This document shows positions 38,446 through 50,388 of a stretch of 64,000 bases of DNA, piece after piece. A program made the translations under genes and the position numbers. The notes beneath the pieces were generated by a model that saw only the letters and a list, made by a program, of their open reading frames with translations, was not told the origin of the DNA and made no database searches. Source of the stretch: Malacoraja senta (taxonomy: Eukaryota); contig CM075991.1 of NCBI GenBank assembly GCA_038087875.1, positions 8,868,001 through 8,932,000 of the forward strand. Reading direction: 5' to 3'. Numbering within the stretch: position 1 is the first letter of the stretch; each line of letters starts with the position of its first letter.

Positions 38446-38895
38446 GCAAAGGAAAAGCCTTGCTTTTTCAATGCTTCAAAAATCCATGGCTTGAAACCAT
38501 CAGCTCCTGAAGGTTTATTTATTTTTAAACTAGTTATTTTCTCCATTAACTTTTTTAAAATTAATTAAATCTTGCAAGTTCTTCCTCATGATTAACTTTC
38601 TTCTCGCCATCTACTGGGAAATCAAAAATAGACTTGTGTATTTGTGTCATTTCAGGGCATCCTAACGCACTTCATTGCCATGGAGTTGACTTTTGTTTTG
38701 CAGTCACTGTTGCAAGGAAGGAAACCTATTTGCGTTTCGCTAGATTCCACAAACACCAATGCAACGTGGACCTAGGAATCAGTGGTACAGAACGAGGCGA
38801 AACAACAATTCCGGACATCAACCACTTTCTTCTTCAACATCTTATGCTGAGAACGAAGCATTTGGAGGCCATTTCATAAGCGATAGGAGCAGAAT

Positions 38896-39045
38896 CAGGG
38901 CAGCAGTTTGGGAGAAGTCCTTATTTGTTTGGCACAGGAGTTGCAGTTCGTCCAATTTGTTGTTGAGGGAACGTAGATTTGCAAGGAATATACATGGGAG
39001 CGGTGTGCGTAATTCTCGTTGCCTGAGTCGGACGAGTGCTCCAGA
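38896..39045 (-). mobile_element. Rex1/Babar endonuclease N-terminal fragment
   Basis: RTPLPCIFLANLRSLNNKLDELQLL..NKDFSQTAAL. Confidence 0.7.
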
Positions 39046-39182
39046 GAGATTTGGTGTGAGTATACATTCAACATAGACAGGACCCAAGGTCAGGATTGAA
39101 CCCAGGAACTGTGAGGCAACATGTCAATGGGATCATTTATTTTTGCCTTGGAAGCGAAATGTATTTTTTGTATTTGATCACA

Positions 39183-39522
39183 GCAGAATTAGGCCATTCA
39201 ACCCATCAAATCTACTCCACCATTCACTCATGGCGGATATATCTAACCCCCACAACCTTCCCCCCTTCTCCTGCCTTCTCCCCATAACCTCAGACACCCG
39301 TAGCAATGAAGAACCAATCGCTCTGGCTTAAAAATATCCATTGACCTGGCTTCCACAGCCTCTGTGGCAATGAATTCCGCAGATTCTCCACACTCTGACG
39401 AAATAAATTCCTCCTTGTCTCCTTCCTGAAGGAACGTCCTTTTTTTCTGAGGCTATGACTCCTGGTCCTAGACTCTCTCACTTGTGGAAACATCCTCTCC
39501 ACATCCACTCCATCCAGGCCTT
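39183..39522 (-). mobile_element. CR1 3' end
   Basis: DVERMFPQVRESRTRSHSLR..NLRNSLP plus tail. Confidence 0.8.
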
Positions 39523-39546
39523 CCTGGTTTAACCCCTTGCCCTTAA

Positions 39547-39865
39547 TGGGGCTGTCCCACTGTACGAGCTAATTCAAGAGTTCCCCCAAGTTTCCCCTGA
39601 TTCTAACTCGGAGAATTACGGTAATAGCCGCTCGTAGGTACTCGGGGCTCTAGTGGACATTTTTCAAACATGTTGAAAAATATTCACGAGTCTTCACGAG
39701 CTTACCGCGTTTCCCAAGTACCTGCCGTTAGCGTTACGAGCCGCTAAGAGACGTCCCGAGCTCCGACTTACCCGCTACGTACATTCTACGTGCTTACCAC
39801 GAGTTTGATTTTTTTTTTTAACTCGGGAGAGCTCTTGAATTAGCTCGTACAGTGGGACAGCCCCT
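39547..39865. mobile_element. Harbinger-type MITE
   Basis: TIRs GGGGCTGTCCCACTGTACGAGCTAATTCAAGAG, TSD TAA/TAA. Confidence 0.85.
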
Positions 39866-39870
39866 TAAGA

Positions 39871-40082
39871 CAGGGGTTCCCAACCATTTTCATCCCAGGC
39901 AACTTTAATAGCACGTGGCAATGTTATTTCACTTATTTATGAACTACTAATGATGAACAGATACCAGACACAGTCGGTCAATGAGAAAAAATATGTCCAA
40001 ATCCATAATCAACAAATTTACCCCCTGAATGGGTGAAATTTACCCCCTGGGGGGTAAATCTTCCCCAGGTTGGGAACCCTTG
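39871..40082. mobile_element. hAT/Charlie-type MITE
   Basis: TIRs CAGGGGTTCCCAACC / GGTTGGGAACCCTTG; 8-bp TSD CCTTAAGA / CCCTAAGA with central TA. Confidence 0.8.
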
Positions 40083-41011
40083 CCCTAAGAGAACACCTTC
40101 CTCAGCACAGCAATACATCGGGACTACCCTGAGATCTTGAATCTGAGCACTAAATCCAAGCCTAATTGGCCTTGAACCCTTGACATTCCGTCTCCCAGGT
40201 GTGGCTGCAATCCCACAGAGGCACAGCTGGGACCTGAGTACACTTGAGTAATTATTTAGCAGGTCCTGTTATTCCTTGATTTTCAATGACAACATCTGTA
40301 CCCACAATCTAACAGGAACGTTTAATTATGAAAGTGTTTGAGAGACAGCAAGATAGATAATTCCCACTGACTGGCAAATCAACAACAAGAGGCCATGAAT
40401 AGACGATTAGCATCAGAAGGTTCAGAATATTTTTTTCATGGTAAGAATCTTTTTTTAGTGCAGAATATGTTAATATTAAAAGTGAGTGACTCATGAGTTC
40501 TGGGAGGGAAGTTGTCAAATGAAAATAGAAAAAATATTAATGGATATAGGGAAAGAGAAAAGAAAACTGATAAACCAAAGGTCAGAAGAAGGTTCCTGAC
40601 CCAAAATGTCACCTATCCCTATCCCTTTTCTCCAGAGATGCTGCCTGACCCATTGAGTTACTCCAGCACGTTGTGTCTATCTTTGGTATACACCAGCATC
40701 TGCAGTTCTTTGTTTCCACAATATATACATAGAGACTGCCACAAGGAGGGGTTAGCACCAGCCTGATGGGCTAAATAGCATTGGTTAACATTGACTTCTC
40801 CAATGTCAGGTAGTCCTTGCTTTCTCCCTCCTTCCCCTCCCCTTCCCAGCTCTCCCACAAGCCTACTGGCTCCGCCTCTTCCTTTCTTTTTGACATCAGT
40901 CTGAAGAAGGATCTCGACCCGAAACGTTGCCTATTCCTTCATTCCATAGATGCTGCCTCACCCGCGGAGTTTCTCCAGCTTATTTGTCTACCTTTGGTAT
41001 TTGTTTGGTTA

Positions 41012-41307
41012 AGTTTAGCTTAGTTTAAAGATACAGCACAGAAACAGGCCCTTCGGCCCGCCCTGTCCGCACTGACCAGCGATCTCCACTCACACTCCAC
41101 TATCCTACACACTAGGGACAATTTTACATTTACCAAGACAATTAACCTACAAACCTGTACGTCTTTGGAGTGTGGGAGGAAACCGGAGCAAAACCCACGC
41201 AGACCACGGGGAGGGGGACGTACAAACTCTGTTCAGACAGCACCCGTAGTCAGGATCGAACCCGGGTCTCTGGTGCTGGAAAGCAGCAGCTTTACCGCTG
41301 CGCCCAC
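41012..41307 (-). mobile_element. HE1-like V-SINE
   Basis: Full reverse copy. Confidence 0.85.
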
Positions 41308-41408
41308 TTGCTTTGCTTCGTCCTGTCCCCACCTTTCTTTTCCAGTTTTCTCCCCCCTACTCCATCTGTCAGAAGAAGGATCTCAAACGGAAACGTCGTC
41401 TGTCCGGT

Positions 41409-42031
41409 CAATAGACAATAGACAATAGACAATAGGTGCAGGAGTAGGCCATTTGGCCCTTCGAGCCAGCACCGCCATTCAATGTGATCATGGCTGATCA
41501 TCCCCAATCAGTACCCCGTTCCTGCCTTCTCCCCATATCCCCTGACTCCGCTATCTTTAAGAGTCCTTTCTAGTTCTCTCTTGAAAGCATCCAGAGAACC
41601 GGCCTCCACTGCCTTCTGAGGCAGAGAATTCCACAGACTCACCACTCTCTGTGAGAAAAAGTGTTTCCTCGTCTCCGTTCTAAATGGCTTACTCCTTATT
41701 CTTAAACTGTGGCCCCTGGTTCTGGACTCCCCCAACATCGGGAACATGTTTCCTGCCTCTAGCGTGTCCAAAACCCTGAGCAATCTTATACGTTTCAATG
41801 AGATCCCCTCCCATCCTTCTAAACTCCAGAGTGTACAAGCCCAGCTGCTCCATTCTCTCAGCATATGACAGTCCCGCCATCCCGGGAATTAACCTTGTAA
41901 ACCTACGCTGCACTCCCTCAATAGCAAGAATGTCCTTCATCAAATTAGGGGACCAAAACTGCACACAATACTCCAAGTGTGGTCTCACTAGGGCTCTGTA
42001 CAACTGCAGAAGGACCTCTTTGCTCCTGTAT
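41409..42031 (-). mobile_element. CR1 LINE 3' fragment (frameshifted)
   Basis: YRSKEVLLQLYRALVRPHLEYCVQFWSP..EGVQRRFTRLIPGM..; (CAATAGA)n tail. Confidence 0.9.
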
Positions 42032-42269
42032 TTGATTCCCTCCCCTCCCCAAAGATTGCCTGACCCTCCTGCACTTTGCTTTTTGCTTCTCTTCATTCAT
42101 TTGTCCGCAGGATGTGAGGGGTTGCTGGTACAGAACGCGCTGTCTGAGTTTAATGATCCCTTCGCTGAGATCGCTGTGCAAAGCCACAAACCAGAACAAG
42201 CTTCCCTCCTTTGAAGGCCACGAGTGGAGGAAATAAAACAGATTGACGGGCCAGGCAATGGAGAGAGAA

Positions 42270-42380
42270 ACAAAGTTAACATTTTAGAAACAGAATTAAC
42301 ATTTCAGAAACAGAGTTAGGGCTTAGAAGACAGAGTTGGTGCTTCAGAAATAGAATAAGAGCTTCAGAATCGGAGTTAAG
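42270..42380. repeat. degenerate minisatellite of about 20 bp
   Basis: About six units like AGAAACAGAGTTAACATTTC. Confidence 0.6.
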
Positions 42381-42516
42381 ACCTTTTATCTCCCAGATTT
42401 GATGAAAGACCGTCAACCTGAACAGTTCATTCTGTTTCTCTTCCAACAGATGTTGCCTGATTTCAAGGATTTTCTAGTTGGAAAAACAACCTACTGTTTT
42501 TCCGCAGGCGGGCTTA

Positions 42517-42742
42517 CGGGCCTGTCCCACTTTCATGACCTAATTCACGACCTCTGCCGAGTTTGCCCTTGACTCATACTCGCAGCATGGTCGTCACGAG
42601 GTCGTAGGAGGTCGTAGGAGGTCGTGATGCTAGTCGTAGGTACTCGTGGCATCAAGTAGGTCGGGGCGTTTTTCTAGCCTGATGAAAAATGTCCACGAGT
42701 AAAAAAGGTCATGAATTAGGTCGTGAAAGTGGGACAGGCCCT
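42517..42742. mobile_element. Harbinger-type MITE
   Basis: TIRs GGGCCTGTCCCACTTTCATGACCTAATTCA / TGAATTAGGTCGTGAAAGTGGGACAGGCCC, TSD TTA/TTA. Confidence 0.85.
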
Positions 42743-42967
42743 TTAGGATTGAGGAGCCTTGCTGGATGGATGAAGGTGTGGACCTGACGTTGTGATCCGG
42801 TGGAATGTGGGACTGATCCCGAGGGGCAAATTGTCCATTTAAAATTCCAATGCTTCATCCTACACTACAACAAAGGTATACACGGTGAAAGGTAATTGGT
42901 GTAACTAAGTGAAAAGAATTTCAAATTGGACCTTCTCCTTAACTGCAACATTCCTTTTCCCCATGGT

Positions 42968-43270
42968 TAAGACTTTAGACTTCAGAGATACAGCGTGGAA
43001 ACAGGACCCTGCGGCCCATCGTGTCCACGCGGACCTATGATCACCTCATCGACCAGCACTATCACACACGCCAGCGACAAGTTAACTATTTCACCGGCGT
43101 CAATTGATTTACACACCTGTATGTCTTTGGGGAGTGGGAGGAAACCGGAGCACCCGGAGAAAACCCACAGGGAGAACGTACAAACGCCTTACAGACAGAC
43201 AGCAGCCGTGGTCAGGATCGAACCTGAGTCTCTGGCGCTGTAAGGGAGCAGCTTTACCGCTGCGCCACTG
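42968..43270 (-). mobile_element. HE1-like V-SINE
   Basis: Reverse copy. Confidence 0.8.
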
Positions 43271-43501
43271 TAGCTCGAGTGGATGTCTCCTTCCCTTCTG
43301 AGTCAAACGTTGCAGGTTGAAAGGCCCACTGTAGAGACTTGAGTGCAGAAATCTAGACTGACCAAGACTGAAGGGAGGAAGTGGTAGGGGCAGGTGCAAT
43401 TACTACATTTAAATACACAAGGAGAGGTAGACACCAAGAACTGCAGATGCTGGTTTACAAATAAAGACACAAAGCGCTGGATTAACTCAGCAGGTCCATG
43501 A

Positions 43502-44760
43502 CTTCTTCTTCTGTCGTGTGTCTTTCAGACCTGCAGCTCCGTTGAGGCGAGCCAGGCCAACGTGTCATCGTCCAGGTCAATCACACCTCGTTCACCATTC
43601 GGTGGCTGGTGTTTGGGGCAACTGGTGACTATGTGTGGGCTCCACCGTCTGTGTTGGGTCCCCACACTCGCAGGAGGCACTCGCTGTCCACGTGGCCCCA
43701 CCTCTTCATCGCTACTCCATAGCGTCCGATGCCTGTCCTCAGCGGTTGAGGGTTGTCCACTGTTTTCGGGGCAGGTCCTGGCCAGGGACGTCCATGGGGT
43801 CATCGATGTAATGGTGTAGCCTAGATGGTTCCGCTGACTTAGAGATTCCTTTATTTGTCATTCAGACCTTTCGGTCTGAACGAAATTTCGTTGCCTGCAG
43901 TCATACATACAATAATAAATAACAAAACACACAATAAACACAAATTAATATCCACCACAGTGAGTTCACCAGGCACCTCCTCACTGTGATGGAGGCAAAA
44001 GTCTTAAAGTCTCTGTCTCTTCCCTCTTTGTTCTCCCTCTGCGCTGAGGCGATCCAGGCTTCTGATGTTGTGACCCCGCCGGGTGATGGTAAGTCAGTCC
44101 CGCGGCTGAATCCGTGCTCAGTCCGCGACGGGCCGGTTCAAACTCCGCGGCCCGGGGTGGCCGAAGCTGCCGAAGCTGCCGCCCTCCAGTCCAGCCGACG
44201 CAGCTGTAGTTGCGGGAGCCCCAGAAAAACAGGTCACCAACCTGGGACCTGCGCGCTCCCGAAGATGTCGTCCACCGGGCCCGCGGCCGAGCCTCCGGAC
44301 TCAGGTCGCCACCAGTGTCCTCGGTCGCCACCGCCAGAACGCCACCGCAGCCCCGGAACGCCGGAACGCCACCGCAGCCCCGAGGCCGGCCAGCCCCGCG
44401 CTGGTAAGTCCTGGCTCTGCCTCCGGAGCCTCGAGGTCGGTCGTTCGGTTGGAGTTGGAGGCCGGCAGCTCCGCCATTTTGGCCTCAGCGCAGACGGAGG
44501 CAGAGAAGGGGGATACGACAGAAAAAGTCGCATTCCCCCGAAGGAAGAGACAAAAGTCATGTTTCACCCCCCCCACCCCACACATACACAACCCAATAAA
44601 CTAAAATTTAACTAAAACAGGACAAAAGAAAACAACAAAAAAAGTAAAAACAGACGGACTGCAGGCGAGCCGCTGCTGTAAGACAGCGCCGCCACTTCCT
44701 ATCGATTTCCACTGGTCTCTCCATCTAGTCTTGACCCAGGCGGCCTTAGAAGCGTCCATG
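43502..44760 (-). mobile_element. Ingi/Vingi-like LINE 3' fragment split by GC-rich element D
   Basis: KAAWVKTRWRDQWKS (44701-44760) joins AEPSRLHHYIDDP..WTTLNR.RTGIGRYG..CECG..HIVTSCPKHQPPNGERGVIDLDDDTLAWL; tail CACACGACAGAAGAAGAAG. Confidence 0.7.
43841..44699 (-). mobile_element. GC-rich non-autonomous retroelement, copy D
   Basis: Starts GGAAGTGGCGGCGCTG; body similar to copy C; terminal hairpin TTCAGACC-GAAA-GGTCTGAA before AATAAA. Confidence 0.8.
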
Positions 44761-45286
44761 ACCATAAGATATAGGACCATAATTGGGCCATTCGTTCCAT
44801 CAAGTATGCTACATCATTCAATCATGGCTGATCGATTTCTGTCTCTCATCCCCATTCTCCCAATAACTGATGCCCTTTCCAATCAAGGGTCAGGAGGCAT
44901 CAAAGGTGACTTTGTACGTTCGCTCCATAACATGCGTGGGTTTTCTCCAGGATCTCCAGTTTCCTCCCACACTCTACAGACACACCGTTTTGTAAGCTAA
45001 TTCACTTGGTATAATTGTAAATTGTCCCGAGTGTGTTTAGGATAGTTTTAAGTGTACGGGGATCACTGGTCAGCACGGACCTGGTGGGCCGAACGGCCTG
45101 TTTCCACGCTGTATCTCTAAACTAAACTAAACTAAACTCAGGGCAGATGACTGTAGTCAATTAACCTACCGTACACCTGAGATGTAATCAGAGCACCTGG
45201 GGGAATCCCATGTATATAAGGGAGAACATTGTTGTGATTGAGGCCTCACCGTCTGAAATGACTATGAATGCAAATTCAATAATAGC

Positions 45287-46130
45287 ATTGAATTGAATTG
45301 AATTAGACTTTATTAATCCCCTTATTCAGGGGAAATTCAGAAGTCCTTGCAGCACACTAATAAAATACAACATGGTATTAAAAAGTTCAACACCAAAACA
45401 TCCCCCCACAGTGGGTCCCACTGTGGGGGAAGGCACAAAGTCCAGTCCCCATCCTCTTGTCCACCCAGAGTCGGGCCCACTGAGGCCTCCACAGTCGCCG
45501 CCACGGCGCCCGATGTTCTCGCCGGGTGATGGTGCTCCGGCATCGGGAGAACCCCCAGCGGATTGGGGTACCAGGAACGACCAGCGTCCCACCGAAGACC
45601 GCGGCTTCCAAGCCAACAGACCGCGCCGGACGGAGCTCCACACACTGGCAATCTCAGCAAGAGATCCCAGGCTCCGGGATGTAACGTTCAGCGTCGCAGC
45701 TGGGCCGCTCCACAGAACCGCTGCTCCACGATGTTCTCATCGGCGGTCCCAGCATACTGGAGTTCCAGCGCGGCGGCCCAGGAAAGGCATCGCCCGCTCC
45801 ACGACAGCGCTCCAGCGCTGCACCGCCGCCAAAGCCGATGTTCAGCGCCGCCGCCAAAGCCGATGTTCTGGCCAGGTCCCCTCAGGGAAACGCCGCTCCA
45901 GGACCCGCTGGTAGGCCGCAAGGACAGGTCGAAGGCGCTGCTCGGAGGAAGGCAACCCCTCCGACCAGGTAGGGACTTGAAAAGCAGTTTCCCCCTTCCC
46001 CCCCCACCACCGCCCACACATAAAAAGATTAGGCCCCCTGACTACACACTAAACGTACTAAAAATAATAAAAAAGAAGGGAAAAAAACGGACAGCTGCAG
46101 GACAGGCAGCCGTTCTGGACAGCGCCTCCT
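45287..46130 (-). mobile_element. GC-rich non-autonomous retroelement, copy E (Rex/Babar tail type 2)
   Basis: Hairpin CCCCCACAGTGG-GAC-CCACTGTGGGGG; tail AATTTCCCCTGAATAAGGGGATTAATAAAGT(CAATT)n. Confidence 0.75.
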
Positions 46131-46503
46131 TCAAACTGGAGTAGGATGAATACTTGACGGTGAAGCAAAGGTCACGGAGAAAATGAGACAGGAATGGAAC
46201 CAAATGGACAGGCCAACAAGAGAATCACAAAAGGTCTTTTGGGTGGACGCCTGTGAATCTAAACTCCATGAATCTAATTCACAGCAACCTGCAGGGCCTT
46301 TACCCCTGGAGCAGCGCATTTGGTCAATATACACATATGCATCTGAAGAAGGGTTTCGGCCTGAAACGTTGCCTATTTCCTTTGCTCCATAGATGCTGCT
46401 GCACCCGCTGAGTTTCTCCAGCACTTTTGCCTACCCGATTTTCCAGCATCTGCGGTTCCTTCTTAAACAATTTATTATATTCAAAATCATCTCATTTATA
46501 TAG

Positions 46504-46910
46504 GGGACAGCACAGTGGCCCAACTGGTAAAGCTGCCGCCTCATAGCACCAGTGACCCGGGTTCGATGCTGATCTCAGGTACTCCCGACGTGAAGTTTGC
46601 ACGTTCTCCCTGTGACCACGTGGGTTTCCTCCAGGTGCCCCCGGTTTCCTCCACGATCCAAAGACGCGCGGGTTTGGAGGTTAATTGGCCTCCGTAAATT
46701 GCTTCCGGTGTGTAAGGAGTGGATGAGAAAGTGGGATTTCATACAACTACTGTGATCAGGTGATCAATGGTCGGCATTGACTCGGTGTAATTGTAAAGTG
46801 TCCCTAGTGTGTTAGGATATTGCTAGTGTGCGGGGGCCGCTGATCGGCACGGACTTGGTGGGCTGAAGGGGCCTGATTCCGCGCTGTATCTCTAAGCCAA
46901 AGTAAATAAA
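46504..46910 (+). mobile_element. HE1-like V-SINE with duplicated or chimeric tail
   Basis: Head, V-domain and two successive tail segments. Confidence 0.7.
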
Positions 46911-47521
46911 CCCAATCTGCGTTAGCTTTCTCTGATTTATTGTTTTTTCCAGTCCAGCCGAGGAGCTTAATTCTGATTTTCAAGATTACAAAGGAATTTT
47001 ATGAAGATTATGATGGATTATGAAGATTACCTGGTAAGGATTGTGTTAACTAGCAGATGAGACAATGACGCTTTATCTTAAGGAAGATAGACACAAAATA
47101 CTGGAGTAACTCAGTGGGACAGGCAGCATCTCTGGAGAGAAGGAATGGGTGACGTTTTGGGTCGAGATGTCGACCCATCTTTTATGTCCATCTTCAGAGC
47201 AATTTTGTAATTGTTTTAATAAGGGAAGGTATTCAAAACGTATACATTCTTCTGGGAAAGAGGTATTAAAATATTGAAGGATGACATCAAAATTGTTAGG
47301 TATAGCTCTTAGGGCCAACGGAATCAAGGGAAATGGGGAGAAATACTTTGCCACAGAAGGCAGTGGAGGCCAATTCACTGGATGTGTTCAAGAAAGAGTT
47401 AGATTTAGCTATTGCGGCTGAGGGATATGGGGATAAAGCTAGAATGGGGTATTGATTTTGGATGATCAGCCATGATCATATTGAATGGCGGTGCTGGCTT
47501 GAAGGGCCGAATGGCCTACTC

Positions 47522-47804
47522 ATTTTTTTTTTTTTTAAATATTTTTATTTTATTAGAAGTAAGTACAATTGTATACAATCATATTTTCATAATACCTTTT
47601 ATGTACAGCTTCTTATTTTAAAAAAAATTTGAAATAAAGAAGAAAAAGAAAAAAGTTAGGTAATGAAAAATAGAAAAATGTGAGATATATAGTGTGTGAA
47701 AAATAAAAATAAAGAATGAAAAAAGAAAGGTGAGACATAGAAAATAGAAGAAAGAGAATAAAAGAAGAGACGAGAAGAAAAGAAAATAGAAGGAGATCAT
47801 TTAT
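47522..47804 (-). mobile_element. L1 3' UTR inserted in a CR1 tail
   Basis: Poly(T), TSD AATGGCCTACTC (47510-47521 / 47805-47816). Confidence 0.85.
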
Positions 47805-47984
47805 AATGGCCTACTCCTGCACCTATTTTCTATGTTTCTATGTTTCTATGTTTCTAAAGTAGGAACAGGGTACCATGATCATATTGAATGGCGGTGCTGG
47901 CTTGAAGGGCCGAATGGCCTACTCCTGCACCTATTTTCTATGTCTCTATGTTTCTAAAAGAAAAAAAAATAATTAGATTGCTGT

Positions 47985-48285
47985 TGTGGTGATTATATTA
48001 CTGGACTAGTGATTAGGGACCTGGACTATTGATCCATCAACATGTGTTCAAATCCCAGCAAGGCAGTGCAGGAATTTAAATGCAATTAAATGAACCTGGA
48101 AATCTGAAAATAATGCCAGTCGCAGTAATGATGACCTTGGAAGCTGTTGGGTTGTGAAAAACGAGCTTTTGTTTCTCACAATCAATCCTTCCTTCAGGAA
48201 ATCTGTTATCTTAATGCATTCTGGCCTCTCATTCCAGACTCAATGTCATCAGGCCTGGTTATGATGGACAGTAAACGACCATGTT
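47985..48285 (+). mobile_element. old tRNA-derived SINE (unnamed family)
   Basis: ACTGGACTAGT..GTGTTCAAATCCCA B-box-like head, decayed body. Confidence 0.45.
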
Positions 48286-48957
48286 GTTTAGTTTCGTTTA
48301 GTTTAGTTTAGAGATACAGCGCGGAAACATAGAAAATATGTGCAGGAGGAGGCCATTCGGCCCTTCGAGCCAGCACCGCCATTCATTGTGATCATGGCTG
48401 ATCGTCCCCAATCATTAACCCGTGCCTGCCTTCTCCCCATATCCCTTGACTCCACTAGCCCCTAGAGCTCTATCTAACTCTCTCTTAAATCCATCCAGTG
48501 ACTTGGCCTCCACTGCCCTCTGTGGCAGGGAATTCCACAAATTCACAACTCTCTGAGTGAAAACGTTTTTTTCTCACCTCAGTCTTAAATGGCCTCCCCT
48601 TTATTCAAAGACTGTGGCCCCTGGTTCTGGACTCGCCCAACATTGGGAACATTTTTCCTGCATCTAGCTTGTCCAGGCCCTTCGGCCCACCGATTCCGTA
48701 CCGACCAGCGATCCCCGCACACTACCACTATCGTACACACACGAGGAACAATGTTTACATTTATCGCAAGCCAATTAACCTACACACCCGCACGGTCTTT
48801 GGAGTGTTGTAGGAAACCGGAGCACCCGGAGAAAGCCCACGCAGGTCACGGGGGAGCGTACAAACTCCGTACGGAGAAGCACCCTTAATCAGGATCAAAC
48901 CCGGGTCTCTGGCGCTGTGAGGCAGCAACTCTGCCGCTGTGCCACCCTGCCGCCCCT
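48286..48957 (-). mobile_element. HE1-like SINE with nested CR1 3' end (48328-48674)
   Basis: SINE split at GGAAACA|GGCCCTTCGG. Confidence 0.8.
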
Positions 48958-49160
48958 GATCACTTCGCAGAGCACCTGGCCTCACTCCGATGTGATACAA
49001 CGAGCTTCCGATTTCCTGCCACTTTAATTCCCTTTCCCACTCCGACCTCTCTCTCAGTGTCCTCCTGAACTGTTACAAGTAAACCCAATGCAAGCTTGAA
49101 GAACAACACTTCATCTGTTGTTGATCTGGGCATGTTGCGGCCTTGCGGACTCAACCTTGG
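48958..49160 (+). mobile_element. Penelope GIY-YIG endonuclease C-terminal relic
   Basis: DHFAEHL..HFNSLSHSDLSL..KLEEQHFI..LGML.P.GLN. Confidence 0.65.
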
Positions 49161-50388
49161 GTAACTCACTCGTACTCTTTGCCTGTATTAGAACGGGCTA
49201 CTTTTCGGTATTTTAGATTGCTTTTTCATTTTCTGTTAGTATAGTCCAGCTTGCTGGGCATGCCACAGGGCCTTGCTATCAACAACAACACATTACGCAA
49301 ACAAAAAAGCCTAATCTGGTCAGCATGGACATCGATAGGCCGAAGGGCCTGTTTCTGTGCTGTATCACTAAAGTCTAAAAGTCCAACGTCTCAAGTAAAT
49401 ATTGCAGCTCTTTTGTGCCTCAGTCCTGAAGGGAATATGTGTTTAGGTGCTGAATCGCTTGCCTGATTAATGCTTTGTGCAGTTTATCTCTTTCTGATAT
49501 ATGGTCTCCTTCATCATACTGTGCTCAGGCACCCACATGCCTCTGCTTTACCCACAGCTCCAGCATTGAGTCAGAAGATTTAGTGTTCAAATCGTTCTCC
49601 TGAGGCTTACATATGCACGGCTTACTGTCATCTTGGACTGCAATGGCTCTGCCACAGATGAGAGCCGTTGTCCTGTCAATGGTCAGTACATTTTGAGAGA
49701 CGACTGGCTGGTAGTCGAGGTAAATCTATAAAGCAAAACCCTATAAAAGAGCCCCTGCCATGAAAGATTAAGGAGTACTACCTGCAGTGTCCTGGAGAAT
49801 GTCCATCCCGTGATCACCATTTCCAAGCACGCTATCAGATCATTAACACACAGTTGCTTAAGGGAGCGTGCAGGGCAAGAGACGCATACTGTTGCTTGTC
49901 AGAAGTAAATTGGCTGCAAGCGGCTACACAACGCTGCAGAAATTGTGATAGAAATTTGTCGTTATTTCCTGGGCGCACTACTCATTCGACAAGTTTCAAT
50001 GATCCATTATCCGGCGCACAACAGGCCTCTGATCTTCCAGTTCATTTAGAATCCTCTGTGTTCCTGTCCTACTTGCTTCTGCATTGAATTGCTTCAATCT
50101 TTGATGCATCAGATTACACCCCCCTGCATATAGTTTGATGCACATAGCCTGCTGCTGCCTCTCCAAATCAACATCAGAATGGAATTTTTGGTCAAAGGGA
50201 TGGATGCGACGTGAGTGGGGACGATTGCCGCATCAATATGGATAGAAGGAGGTTAACGATAACAACTGGAAAGCTCATGGAGGGCAGGCAAGATAGTGAG
50301 CTATTTAGGTGAATGAGAGAGGATAGTGACGAGTGGTAATGTGATAATCCTGGGGCGATTTCAGTATCCGAGGTGCAATAGATGAATT

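Noticed and set aside
44086..44410. Consensus splice donors (ATGGTAAGT, CTGGTAAGT) antisense to GC-rich elements
   Set aside because: No linked acceptor or exon evidence; short motifs inside repeats are not enough to call a gene.
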